The notes under the pieces: generated by a model
The model's database searches: none
Seen by the model: only the letters and a program-made list of their open reading frames with translations
What the model was told of the DNA's origin: nothing
Shown here: piece after piece, positions 1 to 10,035 of the stretch
Layout: each line of letters opens with the position of its first letter
Numbering within the stretch: position 1 is the first letter of the stretch
Position numbers and translations under genes: made by a program
Source: a bacterium
Lineage (GTDB): Bacteria; UBA10199; 2-02-FULL-50-16; JAJFLM01
Direction: 5' to 3'
Assembly (NCBI GenBank): GCA_965216315.1
Contig: CBDCFN010000016.1
Coordinates: 608,001-672,000, forward strand
Length of the DNA: 64,000 nt

Positions 1-374
1 GGGCCCCACATAGGGATCCGCACTAACCGATTCTCGTGATTAGCGTAGATTTTTTCATCGAGACCGCTACCCTCATTGCCGAATGTCAGTATGTCCGAGT
101 CCTTGTAGCGAATATCCGCGTAGTCTTTTTTGCCTCTCGTGCTGAGAAACCACATTCGGGACCCTGGGTTTTGCTGCGCGATATCATCAAGAGAATCGAC
201 GATTTCCAGCTCTAAATCGTCCCAATAGTCCAGGCCTGAGCGGCGGATCTCTTTGGAGTCGAGATGGAAACCCAAGGGACGAACCAGGTAAAGCGGGGTA
301 TTGGTAGCGACGCAGAGTCGACCGATATTGCCGGTGTTTTGCGGGATTTCGGGTTGAAAAAGGGCGATCATCAT
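1..374 (-). CDS. trmL: tRNA (cytidine/uridine-34 2'-O)-methyltransferase, SPOUT family (3' end beyond window)
   Basis: Not in the ORF track. Manual translation from ATG 374: MMIALFQPEIPQNTGNIGRLC...LGF...RRSGLDYW...FGNEGSGL...RIPMWG, all TrmL signature motifs. Confidence 0.93.
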   Translation of the reverse strand, partial: MMIALFQPEIPQNTGNIGRLCVATNTPLYLVRPLGFHLDSKEIRRSGLDYWDDLELEIVDSLDDIAQQNPGSRMWFLSTRGKKDYADIRYKDSDILTFGNEGSGLDEKIYANHENRLVRIPMWG

Positions 375-508
375 GGTTCTTCAGCAGTTGCAACAATCTA
401 ACTATCTGTCAATTAAATCTACTATTTGCAGATATTTTTTTAAATGACATCGATGATGAATGAGTGCAAAATCTCAAGGTTAACTAGCTTATTGATGCGA
501 GTTTCATA

Positions 509-1981
509 GTGAAAATAGGATTAATATTTCCCAGTAAAACTCCCACGAATGCGCATCGTCGTCCGATGAGTCAGTTTCAAAATCCCTTGGTGCGATGGCT
601 TTTATCCTGGTCCAGTAGAAATGTATTGCCTTCGGGGATCAACCTAGTTGTTCCTGATGACGGTGGGATGGACATCATTCTTAGCCTTACCTACCCCCAC
701 TTGGCAGCTCTTACGCCTCCAGGCCACGAGATCAAAATTATTAATGAGAATGTCCAGGAAATCGATTTTGAGGAGGACTTTGACCTTATTGGCATAACTG
801 TATGGACCGCTTTTGCAAGGCGTGCCTACGAATTAGCGGCACATTATCGAAGCAAAGGGTCGAAGGTTGTCTTAGGAGGACCTCATGTAACTCTCTTGCC
901 TGAGGAAGGGATTAGGTATGCCGATAGTGTCGTCATTGGTGAAGGTGAACTCACGTGGCCCCAGGCAGTCGATGATGCCCTGAAAGGCGAGCTAAAATCT
1001 TTTTATAGCCCCCCGCGCACGATTACGTTGTCCGATGATGAAGGGATCATACCGGCTTTTCCGAGAAGAGATTTAGTAGACAAATCATACTACGTTTTTC
1101 AGAATTTAGTGCTGACAGGCAGGGGATGCCCCTTTGATTGCCACTTTTGTTCCGTGACAACTATTTATGGCGCAAAATATCGACACCGCTCAGTGGAAAG
1201 TGTCATCAATGAAATTTCAAATTTAAAAGAGAAGTTCTTTATCTTTATTGATGACAATTTATTTGGGAATAGACCTCATGCAAAAGAGCTCTTTAAAGCG
1301 TTGACTCCCCTTAAGAAAATTTTTCGATGTGAAGCAACTATTAATATAGCACGCAATGAAGAAATGGTTTCTCTTCTTGCAGATGCCGGATGTCAGGTTG
1401 TTTCCGTGGGGGTAGAATCTCTTTCTTCTGAGAATATAACAGAAATGCATAAACTTCAAAATAATCCAGAGGAATATGGTAAAGCGATCAAGCTATTTCA
1501 TAAATATGGAATTGGGTTTTGGGCGGGGCTAATTATGGGCTTCGATGAAGATGATATCGGTGTTGGTGAGAGAATGATCAGTTTTTGCGTCGAAAATAAT
1601 GTGGATTTTCCAATGCTTAATATTCTCATACCGTATCCGACAACTAAATTATATTATCGCATCAAGCAAGAAGGTCGCCTGTTTCATGAGGATTGGAATA
1701 GATACACAGGCCGGTATGCAGTTTTTCAGCCGAAAAAAATGTCTCCGGAAGAACTCGAGCAGCTCTATGTGGATACAATGAGAAAACTCTATTCTGTACC
1801 CATTATACTGCGAAGGATTTCACATTGGGGAATTCTTACGAAAAAATGGTGGCGGTATCTAACGGTCAATATGGCCATTAAACATGAAATTGAGGCGATT
1901 TGTGACGCGAGGCAAGCGGAAATCGATGCCTCGAAGAAACAAGAAGTGACTCTAGATCGCCCCGTGTTCGAGCGCCCATGA
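509..1981 (+). CDS. Cobalamin-binding-domain radical SAM protein
   Basis: N-terminal B12-binding-like segment (VVLGGPHVT...VVIGEGE) followed by GRGCPFDCHFC (CxxxCxxC). Confidence 0.88.
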   Translation: MKIGLIFPSKTPTNAHRRPMSQFQNPLVRWLLSWSSRNVLPSGINLVVPDDGGMDIILSLTYPHLAALTPPGHEIKIINENVQEIDFEEDFDLIGITVWTAFARRAYELAAHYRSKGSKVVLGGPHVTLLPEEGIRYADSVVIGEGELTWPQAVDDALKGELKSFYSPPRTITLSDDEGIIPAFPRRDLVDKSYYVFQNLVLTGRGCPFDCHFCSVTTIYGAKYRHRSVESVINEISNLKEKFFIFIDDNLFGNRPHAKELFKALTPLKKIFRCEATINIARNEEMVSLLADAGCQVVSVGVESLSSENITEMHKLQNNPEEYGKAIKLFHKYGIGFWAGLIMGFDEDDIGVGERMISFCVENNVDFPMLNILIPYPTTKLYYRIKQEGRLFHEDWNRYTGRYAVFQPKKMSPEELEQLYVDTMRKLYSVPIILRRISHWGILTKKWWRYLTVNMAIKHEIEAICDARQAEIDASKKQEVTLDRPVFERP

Positions 1982-2023
1982 CCGTTTGACTTTCCGGTCG
2001 GCGCGGCCGATGATCCGGGTCCC

Positions 2024-3697
2024 ATGGGCACTCCATCCGTTCTGCATATCCTGCCAAACCCGGACCGCGAAGGGCGTTTTTGGGCCCGACAGCTGCTGAG
2101 CGGACCCAATGATCAGACGGCTTTTCTGGTGCGAGCCACGCAATATTCCCCCGTCATCATGTGGTTGTTGCGGGCTTGGGTGGAGGCATCGGGGAAGACC
2201 TCCTCTTATTGGGCCGGGAGTCTCTGGGATATTCCGGTGGTGAGGAAATACTTAAAAGAACTTAAACAGCAAAATCAGGTAGAAGTTCTCCAGGCCTTGG
2301 AAGCCCGGCAGCAGATCCCGTTGGATCTGTTTGATATCCAGACGTTTGAGCAACGGGATGCGGAAGCCCTGCGTTGTTTTCGCGAGTTGCTGGAGCCCTC
2401 CAAAGAGGTGATGTCGCTCGATTCATGGCGGGAACTTTGCGATGTGTGTCGAACCACACGTATTGAAGTTGGAACTTTGCCTTGGTCGGTGCCGGTCCTC
2501 AGTGAGTCGGACCAAGCTCCTACTGAAATCGAAACGGTCTGGATTCCACAGGCTCAGTGTAGTTCCAATGTCGGCTGGCCCGCATGGCTGGAAAATATCT
2601 CTTCAGTCTGTGCGACAGCCAGCAAAAAGAATGATCGCGGGATGATCTTGAGTCCTGATTATGCCCTTGCCAAGCGCAGCCAATGGCAGATACGTGAAGG
2701 CGATGAAGAAGGGCTCGGTGCGGATAACGAGCCAGAATCTCCGCAGCACCATTTTCAATTAAAAGGTGAGCCGCTGAAACGCTGGCAAGATCAGTTGCAG
2801 TCACACATTTTTTCGTCCACGGAGCTTGAGACCTACTTGCGTTCTCCTTATGCCTATTACTGTGAAAGGGTGTTGAAGTTGAACGGCGTAGAGGAAGAAG
2901 GTTGGGATCTCGAGGCTGCCGAATTAGGATTGTTGGCCCATGATGTCTTGGAGGATTTCTACAGTCAGAACGAAGGCCTTTTTGAGGATCATAAGTTCGA
3001 TATCAAGGCGAGCTTTGCTCAGTTGGATGGTTTGTTGGCTGATGCCGTAAAAGCGTTGCAGCAAGAGCGACCCGGACTTGAGAATATGCTTGTACAACGT
3101 CAGCAGCAGAGAGTTCAACGCGCACTCCACGCTGTCGTACTTAAAGACAGTGAAGATATCAGCTCCCAGCAAAGTCCGCTGTATCCAAAATATTTTGAAT
3201 GGAGTTTCGGCAAAGGAAATGTTCCGCCGTTGGAATTGCCTGGTGATATTCGCTTGCGTGGTACCGTTGATCGTATCGATGTCGATCCGGTTAAAAAAAC
3301 TTTTCTGATTATTGATTATAAGACTGGATCACGCGTGATTACAGGTGCTGATATTGAAAGAGGGGCGTCTCTTCAGCTGCCTCTCTATATCGAAGCTGTC
3401 CGTCAGATTTTGCTCCCGGATTATACGCCAATCGGGGCAATTTTCTTTTCGTTAGCTGATTTGAGCAAAAAGAATGGGATGTTGCGACTCGACTATGCGA
3501 GCGATTATTTTGAACTATCACTACGCAGCTCATCACTGATGACGCCGGAAAAGTGGCAAGATGTACAAACAAATGCCTTGGCGTGCACGCAAGAGACCGT
3601 GGAAGCCATTCGGCAAGGAATGTTCCCTCGTTGTGAGGAGATCTGCGTGGGCTACTGTCCCTATCAAGATATGTGTGGGTGTGGGGTGGCCCTTTAA
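2024..3697 (+). CDS. AddB-like PD-(D/E)XK nuclease subunit (short)
   Basis: LRGTVDRID...IIDYKTG...LQLPLY nuclease motifs, C-terminal Cys cluster (C..YCPYQDMC), stop overlaps the start of a UvrD helicase. Confidence 0.8.
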   Translation: MGTPSVLHILPNPDREGRFWARQLLSGPNDQTAFLVRATQYSPVIMWLLRAWVEASGKTSSYWAGSLWDIPVVRKYLKELKQQNQVEVLQALEARQQIPLDLFDIQTFEQRDAEALRCFRELLEPSKEVMSLDSWRELCDVCRTTRIEVGTLPWSVPVLSESDQAPTEIETVWIPQAQCSSNVGWPAWLENISSVCATASKKNDRGMILSPDYALAKRSQWQIREGDEEGLGADNEPESPQHHFQLKGEPLKRWQDQLQSHIFSSTELETYLRSPYAYYCERVLKLNGVEEEGWDLEAAELGLLAHDVLEDFYSQNEGLFEDHKFDIKASFAQLDGLLADAVKALQQERPGLENMLVQRQQQRVQRALHAVVLKDSEDISSQQSPLYPKYFEWSFGKGNVPPLELPGDIRLRGTVDRIDVDPVKKTFLIIDYKTGSRVITGADIERGASLQLPLYIEAVRQILLPDYTPIGAIFFSLADLSKKNGMLRLDYASDYFELSLRSSSLMTPEKWQDVQTNALACTQETVEAIRQGMFPRCEEICVGYCPYQDMCGCGVAL

Positions 3698-5721
3698 TGC
3701 AGTTAACTCCTGAACAAGAATATGCAATTGCTTCGGCCGGTCAGGATATGGTGCTTTATGCGGCAGCCGGTTCGGGGAAAACCTTTGCATTGACGGAGAT
3801 GGTTGCCCATTTAATCCAAACTCAGGATGTATCTCCTGAAAATATAGTGGTTGTTACCTTTACGGAAAAAGCAGCTGATGAGCTCAAAGAACGTATTGTC
3901 GAACGCTTGTCTATCGATCGCGATGACCTTGCGGATAGTCCGATTGGTACCATCCATGCCTTTGCGACCCAATTGTTGCGTCAATATGGTCGTGCTCTGC
4001 CACGGGATTTTATCATCTGGGATGACTATCGGGCGTCTTTAGAGCGTAATCGAATTGTCCACCAAGAATTGCAATCGCGCCTTGCCAAGCCTTCAAAAGA
4101 TCTTGCGGCTTTAATGAGCGAATATGGTTGGAGGACGTTGGTGCGATTGATTTCCAATCAGCTTGCGATGCGCTGGAAGATGCAATCTTTAGAGAATAGC
4201 GTTTCAGACGCAGAACTGTGGCCAGCCTACCTCAAGCTTTACCGAGAAATGCAAAAGGCCTATTCAATGCACAAGCGCAGTCATGGGGCCCTTGATTTCG
4301 AGGATTTGGAGGAAGAGTCTTTGCACCTCTTGGAAGATGATTCCTTGTGCCGGCAACTTCAGCATCGTTATCGTTATATTTTTATCGATGAATATCAGGA
4401 TGTCAGCCCACCGCAGTATCAACTTATTCAGCGTCTTTATGCTAACGGTAAGAATCACCTTGCTATAGTGGGTGACCCACTTCAGTCAATATATCGTTTT
4501 CGTGGGGCTGAGGCTGCTCTTTTTCAGCAGACGCAAGCGGATCTTGTTGAACAGGGTGCCCGTCACTGTGAATTGATGCATAACTTTCGCACGGAAGCAG
4601 GGTTAATTGATAGCTTGAATATGATCTTTGCTTCGGTGTTCGGTTCTGAATATCATCCGATGAAGAGTCATCAGTCTGATTCCATCAAGGGCGAAGTGAC
4701 TCTCCTGAATATTTCTAAATCACGGACACTTTCCGAGCGGCGTGAGCTGGAGGCCGAGAATATTGTTGCTGAGCTCAAGAAGCAATTAGCTGCAGGTTAT
4801 CGTCCAGAGGATATAGCGATTTTGTTTAGAAGCCGCGCCGCCATGCCGGTTTACGAAGCGGCTCTGGAGATGGCAGGTATTCCCTATCAGTCGCAGCAGG
4901 GGGAATACTTGCTCGAGCAGCCTGAAATCATTGAGCACCTTAATGTTTTTCGCGTCTTGGTGAATCCTCAGGATGAAATTGCCATGGCGGGTGTGTTGCG
5001 CTCATCACTTGTGGGGCTATCCGACCAGGCACTCATGGAGGTGCGTCGAAAGCAAGGTGATTTGGCTGAAAAGGACTTGTGGTCTGCTTTTCAGCACTGG
5101 TGGTCCGGTCTTGTCGCGGAAGCTCCATATCTGAAGGCGTCGGAGGTGGCTCACCGAATTTTTCAGCGTGCGCGAGAACGTGGGTATTATAAGGATGGAT
5201 CGGCACGACGTTGTACTAAGCAATGGATTGCGTTCTTGGAGTGGATGGAGGAAATCGATCCTTTTGAACTGGCGGACCTTCTTGAAGTTGTTGAAGGTTT
5301 TCGTGAGGATGGGGCACGTATTATGACTCAACAGGATGAGTATGAGAATAAAGAGGCCGTCCAACTCATGACGGTACATGCGGCAAAGGGCTTAGAGTTT
5401 CCGGTAGTTGCCGTTGCTGATTTGACGACGACTATCCCCAGTCCTCGTGACCCTATTTTAATTGATGCAAACCAGGGCGTAGGGATGCGTCACCTCGATC
5501 CCGAAGCGCAAGGACTACGTGATCAGATGGTTGATACGGAGGGTTATACTCGAGTCAAAGAGTTTATTAGAGAACAGGAGCTACAAGAGAGCCGGCGCCT
5601 GCTTTATGTGGCCTGTACAAGGGCGAAAGATTTGCTTATTCTAGCCCTGGACCGGAATCGAAAGGAAAAATCGCCAACTTGGAACAAGTGGCTGTGTGAG
5701 GCGTTAACTTGTGATGAATGA
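3697..5721 (+). CDS. AddA/UvrD-like superfamily 1 DNA helicase (no C-terminal nuclease domain)
   Basis: AAAGSGKT, TFTEKAA, DEYQD, VGDPLQSIYRFRGA, MTVHAAKGLEF, RRLLYVACTRAK. Start set at ATG 3697 (TAATG overlap). Confidence 0.88.
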   Translation: MQLTPEQEYAIASAGQDMVLYAAAGSGKTFALTEMVAHLIQTQDVSPENIVVVTFTEKAADELKERIVERLSIDRDDLADSPIGTIHAFATQLLRQYGRALPRDFIIWDDYRASLERNRIVHQELQSRLAKPSKDLAALMSEYGWRTLVRLISNQLAMRWKMQSLENSVSDAELWPAYLKLYREMQKAYSMHKRSHGALDFEDLEEESLHLLEDDSLCRQLQHRYRYIFIDEYQDVSPPQYQLIQRLYANGKNHLAIVGDPLQSIYRFRGAEAALFQQTQADLVEQGARHCELMHNFRTEAGLIDSLNMIFASVFGSEYHPMKSHQSDSIKGEVTLLNISKSRTLSERRELEAENIVAELKKQLAAGYRPEDIAILFRSRAAMPVYEAALEMAGIPYQSQQGEYLLEQPEIIEHLNVFRVLVNPQDEIAMAGVLRSSLVGLSDQALMEVRRKQGDLAEKDLWSAFQHWWSGLVAEAPYLKASEVAHRIFQRARERGYYKDGSARRCTKQWIAFLEWMEEIDPFELADLLEVVEGFREDGARIMTQQDEYENKEAVQLMTVHAAKGLEFPVVAVADLTTTIPSPRDPILIDANQGVGMRHLDPEAQGLRDQMVDTEGYTRVKEFIREQELQESRRLLYVACTRAKDLLILALDRNRKEKSPTWNKWLCEALTCDE

Positions 5722-7135
5722 TGAAATCAAAAAAATACTTCGCTCGTCCGGGTATCCGGATCGCGCTGAATTTGAGTGGATTGAGTTTGAGAAGGCCTAC
5801 CAGCGCGAGGTGAGGGCTGAATTGCCTAACAATGAGTGGCTTGGCCATTTGGCTAAACTGTTTGGGCGTTCGTTTTACCTCACGAGCTACCTCATCAAGC
5901 ATCCTGATCTGGCAAAGCGCTTTTTTCAGACGGATTTTTTAACCAAGCCGAAAAGCTATGATCGGTTTATAGAAGAATTGTCAGCAATTGTGGAACCTAT
6001 CAGTAGTGATATCGCTGCTACCGAACGTGCCTTACGCCATTATCGTTATGAAGAGACTTTACGCTATACCGTCCGTGATATTGCTGGCTTAGGTGACTTT
6101 GTCGAATTGGGATACGAACGTTCCAACTTGGCAGCGGCCTGCATTGAAGTGGCATATCAAGTAATCAATGAAAAACTAAGAAGCGAGTATGGGCTGCCCG
6201 TAGATGAAGAAGACAATCAGGAGTCGCGTTTTTCGGTTTTAGGGATGGGTAAACTAGGTGGTGGAGATCTCAACTATAGTTCTGACATTGATTTAATTTA
6301 TTTATATTCCTCAGATAAAGGCGGCTTTGATTTAGAAGGCGCGGAACATGATCTGTCGCATCATCAATACTTTGTTCGTTTAGGCGAGATGTTAGCAAAA
6401 GTGCTATCGGATCGGACTCAGGATGGCTTTGTCTATCGAGTTGACCTCGATTTACGCCCAGAGGGAATTAAAGGGACTTTGGCGAACTCGATTGAAGCCA
6501 TGGAGGTCTATTACGAATCATTCGGGGATAATTGGGAGCGTATGGCCCTGACTAAAGCCAGGCCTGTAGCAGGAGATCAGGCCTTAGGGATGGACTTATT
6601 ACAGCGAGTGCGTCCTTTCATTTATCCTCGAACTTCCGATTATACCACGGTGGAACAAGTTCATGATCTGAAGAATAGAATTGAACAATCCTTAGATGCA
6701 CGGATTGTCGGAGAGGTAAACCCGCAACGACCAGGTTATAATGTTAAATTAGGAATCGGTGGGATTCGTGAGATTGAATTCATTGTAGGCGCATTTCAAA
6801 GGCTTTATGGCGGCCGTGAGAAGGAAATTCAAGACAGACATACATTGACGGTTTTAAGTAAGCTCGCAGATAAAGAGCTGATGAGTGAGAAAGATGCGCA
6901 GAGCTTAGCAATGGCCTATCAATTTTTGCGCTCCGTGGAAAATCGCTTGCAGATGCTAGAGGATCGTCAGACCCATTCATTGCCCAAGAATAAAGAGGAG
7001 CTTGAAGCCTTTGTGTGTAATCTTCAGTATGATACGGAAGGTGATAATCAGTTAAGCATGGACCGTTTCTATGAGAATATATCTATCCATACGGAGCAGG
7101 TGCGCCGCTCCTTCGAGAGTTTATTGAAAAAATGA
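5711..7135 (+). CDS. glnE: Glutamine synthetase adenylyltransferase, first half (one nucleotidyltransferase domain)
   Basis: GMGKLGGGDLNYSSDIDLIYLY, VYRVDLDLRPEG, WERMALTKAR, NVKLGIGGIREIEF, LRSVENRLQM. Confidence 0.88.
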   Translation: MMNDEIKKILRSSGYPDRAEFEWIEFEKAYQREVRAELPNNEWLGHLAKLFGRSFYLTSYLIKHPDLAKRFFQTDFLTKPKSYDRFIEELSAIVEPISSDIAATERALRHYRYEETLRYTVRDIAGLGDFVELGYERSNLAAACIEVAYQVINEKLRSEYGLPVDEEDNQESRFSVLGMGKLGGGDLNYSSDIDLIYLYSSDKGGFDLEGAEHDLSHHQYFVRLGEMLAKVLSDRTQDGFVYRVDLDLRPEGIKGTLANSIEAMEVYYESFGDNWERMALTKARPVAGDQALGMDLLQRVRPFIYPRTSDYTTVEQVHDLKNRIEQSLDARIVGEVNPQRPGYNVKLGIGGIREIEFIVGAFQRLYGGREKEIQDRHTLTVLSKLADKELMSEKDAQSLAMAYQFLRSVENRLQMLEDRQTHSLPKNKEELEAFVCNLQYDTEGDNQLSMDRFYENISIHTEQVRRSFESLLKK

Positions 7136-8274
7136 CTTTGTGGCAGCAAGAACTGGAACGATATGAAAACTTGTGTGCGGAAATCGAAGCATCGGTGCAG
7201 TTAGCACTGAAGGATTGCGATGAACGGGAAGAGTTCATGGATACTCTCCGGGTTTTTAAACAGGAACGCAATGAAAAGCTCATTAAGGATTACAAGGAAG
7301 GGGAATTGCCCCTGGAGAAAATGATGTTTTCATTGACGGCCCTTGCCGAGACCTGTCTGCAAGCAGCCTACTTATTTGAAAGTCATGAGATAAAGAAGAT
7401 TTATGGATTGCCCAATAGCCATTTTCATATGGTTGCAATGGGTAAATTCGGCGGTTGTGAGATGACTGTCCAGTCTGACCTAGACTTGATATTTCTTTTT
7501 GCGGAGCCGGCCAAGACAACCGGTCCTAAAGTGATTACCAATCAGGAGTATTTTGCGCGCTTGGTACAACGAGTGATATCTAATGTTTCATTGATGACGC
7601 GCCGTGGTCGTGCGTATCAGGTAGATGCTGAGTTGAGACCTTCCGGGCGCGCGGGTATACTCGTCTCCTCATGGAAGTCATTTGAAGAGTATCATCAACG
7701 CGATGCGCGTATCTGGGAAAAACAAGCGCTATTGAGGGCGCGGCCGATTGAGCCGGAGGTAGCGGTGCGCCGTCATGTCCATGATAAGCTGCATGCCCAG
7801 CTATGGAACCGCACTTATGGAGCGAATATTGCCGAAGATATACTCGAACTTCGTCAAAAGATGGAGAAGGAGTTAGCGAAGGAAGGTGACAGTCACTATA
7901 ATATCAAGGTCGGGCCAGGGGGTATCGTCGATATTGAATTTGCAGTTCAGTATCTGCAGCTCAGGCATGGAGGGCAGTGTGAGGCCGTTCGCGCTCCGCA
8001 TACTTTGACTGGCCTGAGGGCGCTCGCCGCTGAAGGCATTTTAGCTGAAAAGTCGGCGGAAGAGCTGGAGTCAGCTTATCTTTTTTATCGCCGGGTCGAG
8101 ACAGCCTTAAGGCAGTTGCAGGGACGAGCCGTATCGCTGGTCCCTTGTAAGGCAGGTGATGACTTGCAGGCCCTCGCCGATTTTCTTAAGGAAGACCCAG
8201 TCGATTTGGTCAGAAAATATGAGACTTTGCGGCAAGAAGTGCGTCAGAGCTATATAAAGGTACTCCAGTCATGA
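7132..8274 (+). CDS. glnE: Glutamine synthetase adenylyltransferase, second half (second nucleotidyltransferase domain)
   Basis: AMGKFGGCEMTVQSDLDLIF, YQVDAELRPSGRAG, WEKQALLRAR, IKVGPGGIVDIEFAVQYLQL. ATGA overlap with the first half. Confidence 0.86.
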   Translation: MTLWQQELERYENLCAEIEASVQLALKDCDEREEFMDTLRVFKQERNEKLIKDYKEGELPLEKMMFSLTALAETCLQAAYLFESHEIKKIYGLPNSHFHMVAMGKFGGCEMTVQSDLDLIFLFAEPAKTTGPKVITNQEYFARLVQRVISNVSLMTRRGRAYQVDAELRPSGRAGILVSSWKSFEEYHQRDARIWEKQALLRARPIEPEVAVRRHVHDKLHAQLWNRTYGANIAEDILELRQKMEKELAKEGDSHYNIKVGPGGIVDIEFAVQYLQLRHGGQCEAVRAPHTLTGLRALAAEGILAEKSAEELESAYLFYRRVETALRQLQGRAVSLVPCKAGDDLQALADFLKEDPVDLVRKYETLRQEVRQSYIKVLQS

Positions 8275-9557
8275 TACTCAACAAGATGCATCAACAACTT
8301 ATGGCAAAAAAGTCTGCAGTCGATGATTGGATGCAGGTGAGGCTTTTTAGTTTGGAAGCGCCGATTTATAGCTCGGCGGATATTCGCCATGCAGGCTATA
8401 AAATGGCGGTTGTCGATACTAATTTATTTCCAGCCGGGTTTAATAACCTCTGTGAAACTTTTTCGAAAAGAGCAGGTGAAGTTTTAAAAAATACTTTGAG
8501 CCGCCTTGGTTTAGTGCAGCCAACAGTTCTTATTCTTCCGGAAGCCCATACGCGGAATGAATTTTACTGGAATAACATTGTGGCGCTGCAGGAAATTATA
8601 GGTCGAGCCGGTGCGGAGTCAGTGATTGGAAGCTACGAGGAGATTGGGATCGATCTACCTTCTCAGGTACAGGGCCTTGATAATGTCGTTTTGAAAGTAT
8701 TGCCGGTTGAGCGACGTGAAAATGAAATTTTTGTGGGGTCGTTGAAGCCTGATTTAGTTCTTCTTAATAATGATTTTAGCCATCGTTTTCCGGAGGAATT
8801 ATGTGGCATTGAGCAGCCTGTTATGCCCTCGCCCGCTTTAGGGTGGCATCAACGTCAGAAATCAGATCATTTTGATATTTATGAGGAGCTCATGGGCGAG
8901 TTTGCCGAGGTCCTCGAAATGGACCCTTGGTTTTTAAATCCATTGATGACGACAGCGCGCGAGATTGATATTCATGAAGAAACATCTCGCGGGCAATTAC
9001 GTGATGCGGTAGATTCTTTGATCGCGCAAATTCGATCCAAGCATGAACAACATGGAATCTCGGCAGAACCTTATGTGTTTATCAAGGATAATTCCGGGAC
9101 TTACGGGATGGGAATTACACACGTGACAAGCGGTCAGCAGGTTCTTGAACTAGGGCGACGCAAACGCAATAAGATGGCGGCCGGTAAAGGACGACCCGAG
9201 GTGTCTGATTTTATCATCCAGGAAGGGCTTGAGACCGTCCAATCTTATGAGGGAATGCCTCTGGAGCCGGTATTTTACCTCATTGACGGCAAACCGATTG
9301 GTAATTTTTTTCGCATCCATGGAGACAAGACGCCACGAGATAACTTGAATTCGAAGGGGATGAGCTTTAATTGCCTCTGTTCTCATCAAATTGAATCGCC
9401 ATCCGGCGTTGTTGATATCAATTGTGATTCAATGGATGAGCTAAGGACGGTCGGTGGTGTGCTGGCGCAAATTGCTACTTATGCGGCGAGTCTTGAGTTA
9501 GTTGATATTAAGAAGAAGCTGGTTGAACCCGGAACAGCCGTTAAGGGGTGTCTTTAG
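8271..9557 (+). CDS. gshA: Glutamate--cysteine ligase (ATP-grasp-type GshA)
   Basis: YSSADIRHAGYKMAVVDTNLFPAGFNNL, PEAHTRNEFY, KDNSGTYGMGI, IIQEG, NLNSKGMSF. Confidence 0.85.
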   Translation: MILNKMHQQLMAKKSAVDDWMQVRLFSLEAPIYSSADIRHAGYKMAVVDTNLFPAGFNNLCETFSKRAGEVLKNTLSRLGLVQPTVLILPEAHTRNEFYWNNIVALQEIIGRAGAESVIGSYEEIGIDLPSQVQGLDNVVLKVLPVERRENEIFVGSLKPDLVLLNNDFSHRFPEELCGIEQPVMPSPALGWHQRQKSDHFDIYEELMGEFAEVLEMDPWFLNPLMTTAREIDIHEETSRGQLRDAVDSLIAQIRSKHEQHGISAEPYVFIKDNSGTYGMGITHVTSGQQVLELGRRKRNKMAAGKGRPEVSDFIIQEGLETVQSYEGMPLEPVFYLIDGKPIGNFFRIHGDKTPRDNLNSKGMSFNCLCSHQIESPSGVVDINCDSMDELRTVGGVLAQIATYAASLELVDIKKKLVEPGTAVKGCL

Positions 9558-9941
9558 CTATTCAGCATAGGAGCGTTCCATTTGCTCCTGTTCCTCTTTG
9601 CAGAGGATGCACATATCAGTCACGGGACGGGCTTCAAGGCGTTTCACTTCAATCACCTCTCCGCAGTTCTCACACTGGCCATAGGTGCCGGCCTCGATTT
9701 TTTCCAATGCTTTATCTATTTTGCGAAGCAGCACACGCTCCCGGTCCCGAAGCATCAGGTTCATCGCCTGACCCGATTCTGTGGTAGCCAGATCGACTTC
9801 ATCGGGAAGGTCCTCGCGGGTGAAGCCGATGCCTTGCTGGCGCGATTCGTTGACGAGTTCGCTGAGCTCATCGCGTCGAGTCTCTAAGAGCGTTTTTAAC
9901 TTGGTCAGGTCTTTTTTTGTGAGTTTTTTTGCCTTAGCCAT
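9558..9941 (-). CDS. dksA: DksA/TraR family C4 zinc-finger protein
   Basis: PDEVDLA coiled-coil tip, YGQCENCG...RLEARP...CILC. GAGG RBS before ATG 9941. Confidence 0.9.
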   Translation of the reverse strand: MAKAKKLTKKDLTKLKTLLETRRDELSELVNESRQQGIGFTREDLPDEVDLATTESGQAMNLMLRDRERVLLRKIDKALEKIEAGTYGQCENCGEVIEVKRLEARPVTDMCILCKEEQEQMERSYAE

Positions 9942-10035
9942 ATCTCCCTCAGTTCCGAGCAAGCCGTTATGATGACTGGGCTGAATTTTGTCAATCTCTA
10001 TTTGATTGCGTAATAATCTATTATGACATAATCAA

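Noticed and set aside
187..396. 69-aa ORF listed in the track
   Set aside because: It is in the wrong frame; the overlapping frame starting at 374 encodes TrmL.
7120..7140. glnE as a frameshifted pseudogene
   Set aside because: An A-run precedes the junction, but the ATGA coupling, intact catalytic motifs in both halves and an apparently missing central segment fit fission better. Not fully excluded without reads.
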